IMG/VR virus record: IMGVR_UViG_3300020181_000009
Location: 1-35,307 of that record
Source of the DNA: a virus
Length of the DNA: 35,307 nt
Reading direction: 5' to 3' (one strand)
The notes under the pieces are model-generated. The model was not told the origin of the DNA, made no database searches, and worked only from the letters and a program-made list of their open reading frames with translations. Each line of letters starts with the position of its first letter. The stretch's first letter is position 1. The position numbers were made by a program, and so were the translations under genes. Positions 1 to 6,768 of the stretch are shown here, piece after piece.

Positions 1-127
1 ACGGCGAGTACCGCCTCGTGCTCGAGAAGGTCGGCCACGACAGCGAGGGCGACCGGACGTGGAACACGATGTTCGAGGTCACCGACACGGCCGACGCGAT
101 CGCGAGTACGTGGCTGCCCTCGCTCGA
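1..127. repeat. Terminal overlap copy 1 (identical to 35181..35307)
   Basis: Direct comparison shows 1..127 equals 35181..35307. A length of 127 matches a common maximum assembler k-mer, so this is most simply a circular-contig overlap. Unit length is 35180 bp. Confidence 0.9.
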
Positions 128-398
128 CGCGCGCCTCGAGCGCGAGCTGCCCGCGCAGGGTGCCGCGCCGACCGAGCAGCCCGCCTCGGCGCCGGCCAAG
201 CCGCGCAGCACCCGGGCCAAGAAGGCGGCCGCGCCGGCCGAACAGCCCGCCCCGGCCGCCGAGCAGCCCGCTGCCGCGCCGGCCGAGCCCGCCCCGGCGC
301 CCGTGATGGCCACGCCCGTCGCGGCGCCGCAGACGCCTGCTGAGCCGCCGCGGGTCAACCCGTTCGCCAAGCAGCCGCCGGTCACCGCGCAGGCGTAG
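1..398 (+). CDS. rusA: 3' part of the RusA-like gene that starts at 34706 and crosses the circular junction (Pro/Ala/Gln-rich C-terminal extension)
   Basis: Track ORF 18..398 is in the same frame as 34706.. once 35181 is equated with 1, with no intervening stop. The tail has PAEQPA-like repeats and ends RVNPFAKQPPVTAQA. Stop TAG at 396..398. Confidence 0.75.
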   Translation, partial: GEYRLVLEKVGHDSEGDRTWNTMFEVTDTADAIASTWLPSLDARLERELPAQGAAPTEQPASAPAKPRSTRAKKAAAPAEQPAPAAEQPAAAPAEPAPAPVMATPVAAPQTPAEPPRVNPFAKQPPVTAQA

Positions 399-421
399 GA
401 TCAACGCACCTGACACGGGTA

Positions 422-462
422 CAGAACGGCCCCGCCCCCTTCCGGGATGCGGGGCCGTTCTG
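422..462. terminator. Bidirectional hairpin terminator between convergent genes
   Basis: Perfect 14-bp stem CAGAACGGCCCCGC (422..435) / GCGGGGCCGTTCTG (449..462) with a 13-nt loop. It lies between the stop of the plus gene (398) and the stop of the minus gene (486). Confidence 0.7.
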
Positions 463-485
463 CTGCCACGGTGACGGACGCAGCA

Positions 486-968
486 TCAGGATTCGTCGTC
501 GGCCTCATCGCGCTCGCGCGCCTCGGCGGTCACCGGGTAGCGGTCCGAGTCCTTGGCGGGCGGGTCGTCCCACAGCCGCTCGCGCAGGTTGACTGCACCC
601 TGCGGGTCGTCGGCGTGGCCGAGTGCGTGACCCTGAGCGTCCACGGCGACCCCGCCGTGCGCGTAGATCGGCTCGCCGTCCTTGGTCTCGGCGATCTCGC
701 GGTGATCGGTGTCGGCCAGCTTGTCGGCCTCGCGCCCGCGGCGCCGCTTGTTCCAGTCCTCGCCGTACGCCTCGCGGGCGAGGTCGGCGTCGGTGGTCGG
801 GTTGGGGGCGGTCTGCGCCTTGATCGCTTCCTCGGACTTGGCGTCAGCAGCCTCGATGTTGTTCTCGAAGCGCCGCGTCTCGGTGACCTGCTCGGCCGCG
901 TTCTGCGGGCCGAGAGCATTGATGTTGACGGGCTCGTCGGCGCCCGCAGCCTGCGTGTCGGTGGTCAT
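486..968 (-). CDS. Hypothetical acidic protein, 160 aa
   Basis: Track ORF. D/E-rich with a non-shadow composition. Stand-alone gene bounded by the 422..462 hairpin and the AT-rich region at 1008..1036. Confidence 0.65.
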   Translation of the reverse strand: MTTDTQAAGADEPVNINALGPQNAAEQVTETRRFENNIEAADAKSEEAIKAQTAPNPTTDADLAREAYGEDWNKRRRGREADKLADTDHREIAETKDGEPIYAHGGVAVDAQGHALGHADDPQGAVNLRERLWDDPPAKDSDRYPVTAEARERDEADDES

Positions 969-1007
969 ACCGGCAGGGTACCCGCGCCGGGCGGGCCGGT
1001 AACCCCC

Positions 1008-1036
1008 GGACTTTTATTACGTGTCGATACAAGTAA
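1008..1036. repeat. AT-rich inverted repeat, left copy (contains 8-4-8 palindrome TTACGTGT-CGAT-ACAAGTAA)
   Basis: GGACTTTTATTACGTGTCGATACAAGTAA matches the reverse complement of 1311..1339 at 28/29 positions. It is strongly AT-rich in a GC-rich genome. Confidence 0.85.
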
Positions 1037-1055
1037 AACCGGGACGCTTCACCCC

Positions 1056-1085
1056 TTGCCAACCTATTAGGTCATGTATTAGACT
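1056..1085 (+). promoter_or_regulatory. Promoter box A: TTGCCA-N18-TAGACT with conserved 18-nt box
   Basis: -35 TTGCCA at 1056..1061 and -10 TAGACT at 1080..1085. The 18-nt box TAGGTCATGTATTAGACT (1068..1085) is shared with five other sites. ATG 1092 lies 6 nt after the -10, suggesting a leaderless transcript. Confidence 0.45.
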
Positions 1086-1091
1086 ATGGGT

Positions 1092-1265
1092 ATGACGAAG
1101 AACAAGAAAACCCACGAGCTGATCATCCGGGACGCGGACGGCCGGGAGGAGCTCCTCGGGGCCGGGACCGAGGCTGGGATGCTCGAGGCGCGGGCCGAGA
1201 TGCTCGACCAGGAAGACGAGCTCGGCTACCCGGCCGAGTGGCTGGTGGTGCAGCCCGCAGCGTGA
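1092..1265 (+). CDS. Small hypothetical protein, 57 aa (59 aa if ATG 1086 is used)
   Basis: Below the track cutoff; translated by hand as MTKNKKTHELIIRDADGREELLGAGTEAGMLEARAEMLDQEDELGYPAEWLVVQPAA. Third codon positions are mostly G/C. Stop TGA at 1263..1265 is followed by a GC hairpin. Confidence 0.6.
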   Translation: MTKNKKTHELIIRDADGREELLGAGTEAGMLEARAEMLDQEDELGYPAEWLVVQPAA

Positions 1266-1272
1266 ACGAGGA

Positions 1273-1296
1273 AGGGGCGCCCCACGGGGCGCCCCT
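1273..1296. terminator. GC-rich hairpin terminator (two abutting GGGGCGCCCC palindromes)
   Basis: AGGGGCGCC (1273..1281) pairs with GGCGCCCCT (1288..1296). It sits after the stop of the small plus gene and downstream of the end of the minus operon (1350). Confidence 0.6.
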
Positions 1297-1310
1297 CGTT
1301 CTGTGCCGCA

Positions 1311-1339
1311 TTACTTGTATCGACAAGTAATAAAAGTCC
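1311..1339. repeat. AT-rich inverted repeat, right copy (perfect 8-4-8 palindrome TTACTTGT-ATCG-ACAAGTAA)
   Basis: TTACTTGTATCGACAAGTAATAAAAGTCC is the inverted partner of 1008..1036. Confidence 0.85.
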
Positions 1340-1349
1340 TACCCCGCAC

Positions 1350-1646
1350 CTAGATGCGCGGCGGCCAGCTCCACTGTCCGGGCTCGGTGCCGTACGGCAC
1401 GTTGAACTCGGGGAACCCGCCGTTCGGGCCGGGAGTGAAAACGTGCAGGTGCACGTGCATCGACGAGTCGAGCGCCGGCACCGCGCCGGACTCGACCCCG
1501 CGCGGGTCGAGCGAGTCGACGTCGGCGCTGACGATGGCCGCCCGCACCGCGTGATGACCGCTCTTGCCGCGGTAGTGCACAATCCGGCCGAGCGACGGAC
1601 GCGCCGCGCCGGCCGGACCCATGACCGCCTCGCTCGGGCCAGTCAT
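1350..1646 (-). CDS. Hypothetical protein, 98 aa (last gene of the long minus operon)
   Basis: Track ORF. Its ATG at 1646 overlaps the upstream stop (TGATG). Confidence 0.6.
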   Translation of the reverse strand: MTGPSEAVMGPAGAARPSLGRIVHYRGKSGHHAVRAAIVSADVDSLDPRGVESGAVPALDSSMHVHLHVFTPGPNGGFPEFNVPYGTEPGQWSWPPRI

Positions 1647-1813
1647 CAGCCGTGCTCGGGGCGGTTCGGAACGGCGTACACGCCGAGGGCGCCGAGGATC
1701 GCGAGCGCGATCGTCACGCCATCGGTCGTGGTGAACACGTCGTCGGCGAGCGCGGTACCCGCGGCGACTGCGCCGGCCGTGACGGCCGCCACGATGAACT
1801 TGGCAATGCGCAT
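1646..1813 (-). CDS. Small membrane protein, 55 aa
   Basis: Hand-translated as MRIAKFIVAAVTAGAVAAGTALADDVFTTTDGVTIALAILGALGVYAVPNRPEHG. An AGAGGGAGAGA Shine-Dalgarno sequence precedes ATG 1813. Two hydrophobic segments. Below the track length cutoff. Confidence 0.6.
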   Translation of the reverse strand: MRIAKFIVAAVTAGAVAAGTALADDVFTTTDGVTIALAILGALGVYAVPNRPEHG

Positions 1814-1846
1814 GGTGTCTCTCCCTCTACCGGGCCGTTCGGCCCG

Positions 1847-2200
1847 TCAGTCACAGGGTACGGCGGTCGGCGCAGGATTCGCAGCCCGAACGCGGTCGGT
1901 CTCGCGTCGCGCCTCGGTGGCCGCCTCTCGAAGTGCGGCCGCACTTCGTTCCGCGGTCGGCCCCATGATGAGTGCGAGGTCAGCAGCACGCTCTCGGTCG
2001 GTTACCTCGGCGATCGCCTTGGTTCGATTGGCGTCAGCAGCCGCTTGCCGCTGCAAGCAGTCGATCAGCCCGACGTATCGGTAACCGACGTACATGCTGA
2101 CGACGAGCGAGACGAGTGCGAGCACCATGGCCACCGCCCGCGCCGCCGGCCGATCGGCCCAACGGAACCCGCGCGGGGCGGGCTCCCGGTATGGGCTCAT
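1847..2200 (-). CDS. Membrane-anchored lysis-cassette protein, 117 aa
   Basis: Internal ATG 2200 of track ORF 1847..2302 forms an ATGA overlap with the upstream stop. N-terminal TM segment AVAMVLALVSLVVSMYVGY, followed by a helical A/R/E-rich region. Confidence 0.6.
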   Translation of the reverse strand: MSPYREPAPRGFRWADRPAARAVAMVLALVSLVVSMYVGYRYVGLIDCLQRQAAADANRTKAIAEVTDRERAADLALIMGPTAERSAAALREAATEARRETDRVRAANPAPTAVPCD

Positions 2201-2316
2201 CGGCGAGACTCTCGGCGCCGATCGAGCTCGGCCAGTCCGCGGCGCGCGACCAGACCGATCAGGACCGACACGCCTATCGACCCTAGTGCCGTCATCTGCC
2301 ATGCAAGATCGATCAC
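2197..2316 (-). CDS. Small single-TM protein, 39 aa
   Basis: GTG 2316 overlaps the upstream stop (GTGA), and its own stop overlaps ATG 2200 (ATGA). Product is VIDLAWQMTALGSIGVSVLIGLVARRGLAELDRRRESRR. Confidence 0.5.
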   Translation of the reverse strand: MIDLAWQMTALGSIGVSVLIGLVARRGLAELDRRRESRR

Positions 2317-2543
2317 GGTGATTCCTCTTCCGCCGCCTCGGCCGTCGGACGGACCGCCCGACGTGGACGGGTTGCCCGCCCGCGGCCGATCGTAACCGGA
2401 GGAGCGAGAGCGATCACGAGTGCGGCCGGGATTCCGAGTGTCGCGGCATCCGGAAGTTTGCCCTGCATGAGCGTGGCGGTCACTGTCGCGAGCCACCCGA
2501 GCAGCCCAACGATCAGCGCCAATGTCTTAAGCCAATCCGGCAC
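2313..2543 (-). CDS. Holin-like membrane protein, 76 aa
   Basis: Track ORF. Two hydrophobic helices and a charged C-terminus. Lies immediately downstream of the endolysin candidate. Confidence 0.6.
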   Translation of the reverse strand: MPDWLKTLALIVGLLGWLATVTATLMQGKLPDAATLGIPAALVIALAPPVTIGRGRATRPRRAVRPTAEAAEEESP

Positions 2544-2564
2544 GCGCCCCGCCTTTCGATAGCG

Positions 2565-2595
2565 CCGGCCCGAACGCGAGAGGCGCTCGGGCCGG
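2565..2595 (-). terminator. Hairpin between endolysin and holin genes (attenuator or terminator candidate)
   Basis: CCGGCCCGA (2565..2573) pairs with TCGGGCCGG (2587..2595), with 3 further inner pairs. No U-tract. Confidence 0.3.
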
Positions 2596-2647
2596 GCGTG
2601 TACCGATCACTCTAAGTGCAGTTGCTGATTGCCCGCGGGCAGGCCGA

Positions 2648-3382
2648 TTACGACTCGACGACCGCCTCGGCGATGTCTCCGAGCAGCTCGTGCATGGGCA
2701 CGCGGGCGCCACCCTTGGCGGGCGAGGGCACGCCCTGCATGAGCACGTTGTGCCCGAGCGGGGTGTACTGCGTGCCGTCCGGCTTACCGTCCGGGCCGTT
2801 GAGCGGCCGGGCCCTGGTCAGGGCATTGACCGCGAGCTCCGCATTGCGCGCCGCGGTAACGGCCTTGGCAACCTCGGACGCGATCATGTTCCCGATCTTG
2901 TTGAGGTCTGCATCGGTCAGTGCCACCGGGATGTCCTCCAAACGCCATGAGGCTTTGCTCGCCTCGAGTGCGGTGTCGTAGCTGGCACTGAAGTGCCCGT
3001 GCTGGTCATGCGCGTTCGCGCCCGTGTACGTGCGCTGACGCCACCCGTTCGACGCTTCCCAGATACGCCGGTTCCAGATGATGTACCGCAGGCGCCGCTC
3101 GGTACCGTTACGGCACCGGGTTAGTAGGAATTGAACAACCCGCTCCATGTCGAGACCGGGTACGTTCAAGTCCTTGTCGACGTCGAGCGCGTGCACCTCG
3201 TTGATCTTGTCGGCGTCCCTGATCGGCACCTTGCCGGTCTCGTCGGGATTGTGGTCCGACGAGCTGCCCGCGTGCGCAGCGTCGCCGATCCAACCGTCGC
3301 TGCGCCGATCGCGGTTCGGCGCGATGTCGTCGAACTCGTTCCAGAGCTGCCGCAGGCATGAAACCAATTGGGCCGATGGCAT
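2648..3382 (-). CDS. Endolysin candidate (LAS/M15-like zinc peptidase signature)
   Basis: 244 aa. It carries WIGDAAHAGSSSDHNPDETGKV, HALDVD and HDQHGHFS, reminiscent of an H..D / HxH metallopeptidase arrangement. It sits between the tail genes and the holin-like genes. Confidence 0.55.
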   Translation of the reverse strand: MPSAQLVSCLRQLWNEFDDIAPNRDRRSDGWIGDAAHAGSSSDHNPDETGKVPIRDADKINEVHALDVDKDLNVPGLDMERVVQFLLTRCRNGTERRLRYIIWNRRIWEASNGWRQRTYTGANAHDQHGHFSASYDTALEASKASWRLEDIPVALTDADLNKIGNMIASEVAKAVTAARNAELAVNALTRARPLNGPDGKPDGTQYTPLGHNVLMQGVPSPAKGGARVPMHELLGDIAEAVVES

Positions 3383-3413
3383 AGTCTCCCCTTCCCTTCG
3401 GCTACCCGTGAGG

Positions 3414-4211
3414 CTACTGCGGTCCGGCGAAATACGTCGTGACGATGCAGACGCCGGTCGCCCCGTTGCCGCCGTTGACCGCGGTCAGCGAGGCACCCCG
3501 AGAGGCGCCCGAGCCGCCGCCGCCGTACGCCCGGCCCGTGCTGCCCGCGGTGTTCGAGCGGCCGACCTGCGAGCCGCCGAGGACCGTGCCGCCGCCATCG
3601 CCGCCGCGCTGGCCCGTGCCCGCGGTCGCCGTGATGCCGATACCGGACCCGCCAGCACCGCCCGGTACGCGGACGTCGCCGCCCGTGCCGCCCGAGCCGC
3701 CCGAGCGCACCCCGTCATTCGACGAGAAGTTTGCGGTACCCGCCGGCCGGACCCCGCCCGCGCCGCCGCCGGCCGCGGTGATGTGCGTACCGAACGAGGT
3801 CGTTCCGCCGCCCGTGCCCGACCCGGTATTACCCGTGCCGCCCGTGCCGATCGTCACGGCTACGGTCGACGCCAGATCGGTTGCGTTGAACCAACCCGCG
3901 GCGTACTCGCCGCCGCCGCCGCCGTCGCCGAACGACCACTGCGCCGCCGCGGTGGCGGCAGCGCCACCGCCCGCGCCACCGCCGCCGACGACCTGCACGT
4001 GCACGCGGTGCGCGCCGGCCGGTTTCGTCCACGTGCCGCCGGCCGTGAACACCTGCTGCGTCGGCGCGAGCGACATGTCGGTCAGCGCATCGTCGACCGC
4101 GCCGAGGGCGGTCTCGACCGCCTCGGCAAGATCCTGCCCGAGCGCCGGCCCGTCCGGCGCGTCGCCGGTCTCCTGGTAAGGCAGCGAGTACCTGCTCGTC
4201 GTGTCAGCCAT
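3414..4211 (-). CDS. Glycine-rich minor tail protein, 265 aa
   Basis: ATG 4211 follows an AGGAGAG Shine-Dalgarno sequence. Long GGxGG/GTGG runs are typical of actinophage minor tail proteins. The upstream extension shown in the track is rejected. Confidence 0.7.
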   Translation of the reverse strand: MADTTSRYSLPYQETGDAPDGPALGQDLAEAVETALGAVDDALTDMSLAPTQQVFTAGGTWTKPAGAHRVHVQVVGGGGAGGGAAATAAAQWSFGDGGGGGEYAAGWFNATDLASTVAVTIGTGGTGNTGSGTGGGTTSFGTHITAAGGGAGGVRPAGTANFSSNDGVRSGGSGGTGGDVRVPGGAGGSGIGITATAGTGQRGGDGGGTVLGGSQVGRSNTAGSTGRAYGGGGSGASRGASLTAVNGGNGATGVCIVTTYFAGPQ

Positions 4212-4219
4212 CGTCTCTC

Positions 4220-4948
4220 CTAGATCGCCATCGCGGTCATGTTGCGGTCGTCGAACGAGACCGTTCCGGCACCGCTCGCTCGCCGGTACTTGGCGACGAA
4301 CTTGGTCGCGCCCGGGGCGAGTCCGGTCAGCAGGTACGTCTTGCTCACCGGACTCGTGGTCTCGATCGCCGTGTCGAACCCGCCAGCCTGCGCCGAGTTG
4401 CGCCACAGCTGCCCGCGGATCGCGGAGTACGAGCCCGTGCCGAACTCGTTCGCGCCCTCGCCGACGAACGCCATCTGCGCCTCGACGCTCAGGATCCCGC
4501 TACCGCTCGGCACGTTGAGCGTGATGACCGAGGACATCCAGAGCACGACACGGCCACTCGCGCCGACCACGACCTCGATCTCGGGGCCGTAGTTACCGAG
4601 GTCGGTAAAGCTGCTGCTCGTGGTGGCCTCGTTGTTGCCGACGGTCTGTGACTGCACGCGCAGGCTGTCGAGCGCGCTGACCGCCTCGGGGGTGCCCGGG
4701 ATGGTGAACCGGCCCATGATGCCCCACGTGGCGCCCGAGACGAGGATGCCGACGACATCGCCGGCCGCCAGGATGGCCGCCTCGCTCGTGTTGAGAATCG
4801 GCAGGTTCGTCAGCAGCGAGTCGCCGACGCGCACGACGTTCTCGGCCGTGTCCTGATTCCACGCCACGATGACGCCCTGCCGGAACGTCACGCCCCGGCC
4901 CGCGGGCTGCGGGGTGCCAAGGAACGGTACGAGGTCGTCGGATCGCAT
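4220..4948 (-). CDS. Minor tail protein, 242 aa
   Basis: ATG 4948 lies 2 nt after the upstream stop. Beta-rich composition, and located in the tail-tip module. Confidence 0.6.
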   Translation of the reverse strand: MRSDDLVPFLGTPQPAGRGVTFRQGVIVAWNQDTAENVVRVGDSLLTNLPILNTSEAAILAAGDVVGILVSGATWGIMGRFTIPGTPEAVSALDSLRVQSQTVGNNEATTSSSFTDLGNYGPEIEVVVGASGRVVLWMSSVITLNVPSGSGILSVEAQMAFVGEGANEFGTGSYSAIRGQLWRNSAQAGGFDTAIETTSPVSKTYLLTGLAPGATKFVAKYRRASGAGTVSFDDRNMTAMAI

Positions 4949-4950
4949 GG

Positions 4951-6768
4951 TCAGCTCGTCTCGATAGACGTCAGGGTCTGCTCGCGGGTCCGGCCGCGCA
5001 GCGCGCCGGCCGCCACGAGCGGGATGGTCACGGTGTCGAGCACGTGCAGCTCGCCGCCCCGCAGCACGTTCGCCGGCACGTCGTACGCCCGGAAGTTGTC
5101 GATCAGGTACTGCGGCCCAGTGTTGTTCGTGTTGCCCGCCAGACGCCACAGATACAGCCCGTACCGGTTGTCCTGCCCTGCTGCGGCGGGTCGCATTCCA
5201 TCGTACGAGAGTGCCCAGTCGTTGGGCTCGGGCTGCTCGTCGCGCGGCCACGCCTTGAGCTCGCACACGTTGTCATGCGCGCGTGCGCGCAGCGTCCACC
5301 ACTGCGCCGCGGTGTACGGGGCGTACCCGTCGATCGTCGCGGGCTCGGCGTAACCGAGCGGCCCGTGATCGGCGATCTTGAGCGAGACGTCGCCGTCCGC
5401 GTCGAACTCGAGCCGAGCAGTGTAGAAGTCGTCCGCCGCGTTCCGGCGCAGCAGCGCGCCGATCGCGAGGGTCGCCCCGCCCGCAGCGATCGGCACCTGC
5501 AGATCAACGTAGACGTCGAGGTCGCGCCGGCCGATCGAGAGCGGGAGCACATGACTCGCGGTCGTGTTGACGGTCATGGTCCGTTGGAACACCGAACCGT
5601 TGACCGCGAGCTGCGAGCTCGGCGTCGATGGTGTCCATGCGTGCCCGGTCTCGCCGGCACCGATCGTGTCCGCCAGTACGCGAGAGAACGAGTCGCCGAC
5701 GATCAGCTCGGGCTCGATGATGCGCGGCTCGCCCTCGAGCCCGATCGCGATCGGGTCGTCGGGCTCGAGGGCCGGGTTGGGAACCGCGGTGAAATCGACG
5801 TTGTACGGCAGGCCGAGCGAGCGGCGCAGCACGGTCGCCGCTGCGAGCGCCGCCTGCGAGTCGGTGGTCAGCAGCGGGCTCGCGAACACCCGAGGCACCT
5901 TGCCGAACGGGCCGCCCCAATACGTCGGCGAGCTGGCCGAGCTGTCGACCGCGAGAGCGCGTACGGGCGGCTCGGTGTCGAGCGCCTCGCCCGTGGCGAG
6001 CACGCCGTTGTACACGCCCGAGCGGCTCAGTGAGCGGCCCGCGGACACGAGGACACCCCCGCGCCCCCGTGAGACCGTCCATAGCGGCAGCGTCGGGCTC
6101 GGCGGGCTGCGGACGATGAGCACGCCGCGGTGATCGAAGTAGGCGACCTTGCCAACCCCGGTCACGAGCTCGCGCAATCGCGCGTACCGATCCTCCTCGA
6201 CGATGAACGTGCGGCCGATCGCATCGCCCTCGATCAGTTCGTCATCCCACTCGATCACGACGTCGCCGTACGCGTCGGCGGCGAGCGCCTCGACGACCGC
6301 CCCGTACGTCTCGGTCGCGTCGAACTGCAGCACGCTGGTCAGCTTGGCGTCGATGATCATGGCCATGCGGTCGACGGCCGTGATCCGGATCGGGCCGTCG
6401 GGCGCCGCGGGCTGCTCGACGTCGTTGATCCGGAAGTAGCCGAGCGAGACGTACTCGACCACGCCGCCGCCGAACGCGACACCACGCTCGACGAACAGCT
6501 CGTGCGCACCGTACGGGGTCAGCGGGCTGCTCGCGCCTTCCGGCCACAGTGCCTCGCCCGTATCCGGATCGTGCGCGGCGACCTCACACTCGAGTGTCGA
6601 GCGAATGTCGGCGCCCCCGTCGAGCACGACGTCACCACCGATCAGCGGCAGGGTCACGCCGCCGGCCGGGCTCGTTCCGGTCTGCCCCGCCGGCACGGCC
6701 CGCAGCCGCACTGCGATGTTGTGCGAGCCGCCGACCGCGGCGAGGAAGCCCTGCGATACCGGCCTCAC
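4951..6768 (-). CDS. Tal-like minor tail protein (DUF5047-like N-terminus, lectin-like C-terminus), 605 aa
   Basis: GTG 6768 overlaps the Dit stop (GTGA). N-terminus reads FLAAVGGSHNIAVRLRAV...GGDVVLDGGADIRSTLE. The 290-aa upstream extension of track ORF 4951..7644 is Arg-rich shadow sequence. Confidence 0.65.
   Translation of the reverse strand: MRPVSQGFLAAVGGSHNIAVRLRAVPAGQTGTSPAGGVTLPLIGGDVVLDGGADIRSTLECEVAAHDPDTGEALWPEGASSPLTPYGAHELFVERGVAFGGGVVEYVSLGYFRINDVEQPAAPDGPIRITAVDRMAMIIDAKLTSVLQFDATETYGAVVEALAADAYGDVVIEWDDELIEGDAIGRTFIVEEDRYARLRELVTGVGKVAYFDHRGVLIVRSPPSPTLPLWTVSRGRGGVLVSAGRSLSRSGVYNGVLATGEALDTEPPVRALAVDSSASSPTYWGGPFGKVPRVFASPLLTTDSQAALAAATVLRRSLGLPYNVDFTAVPNPALEPDDPIAIGLEGEPRIIEPELIVGDSFSRVLADTIGAGETGHAWTPSTPSSQLAVNGSVFQRTMTVNTTASHVLPLSIGRRDLDVYVDLQVPIAAGGATLAIGALLRRNAADDFYTARLEFDADGDVSLKIADHGPLGYAEPATIDGYAPYTAAQWWTLRARAHDNVCELKAWPRDEQPEPNDWALSYDGMRPAAAGQDNRYGLYLWRLAGNTNNTGPQYLIDNFRAYDVPANVLRGGELHVLDTVTIPLVAAGALRGRTREQTLTSIETS

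Noticed and set aside
1-127. Interpreting the 127-bp terminal repeat as a biological direct terminal repeat.
   Set aside because: It cuts through an open reading frame, and its length equals a standard assembler k-mer. The HNH/TerS/TerL set suggests cos packaging. This needs read-level evidence.
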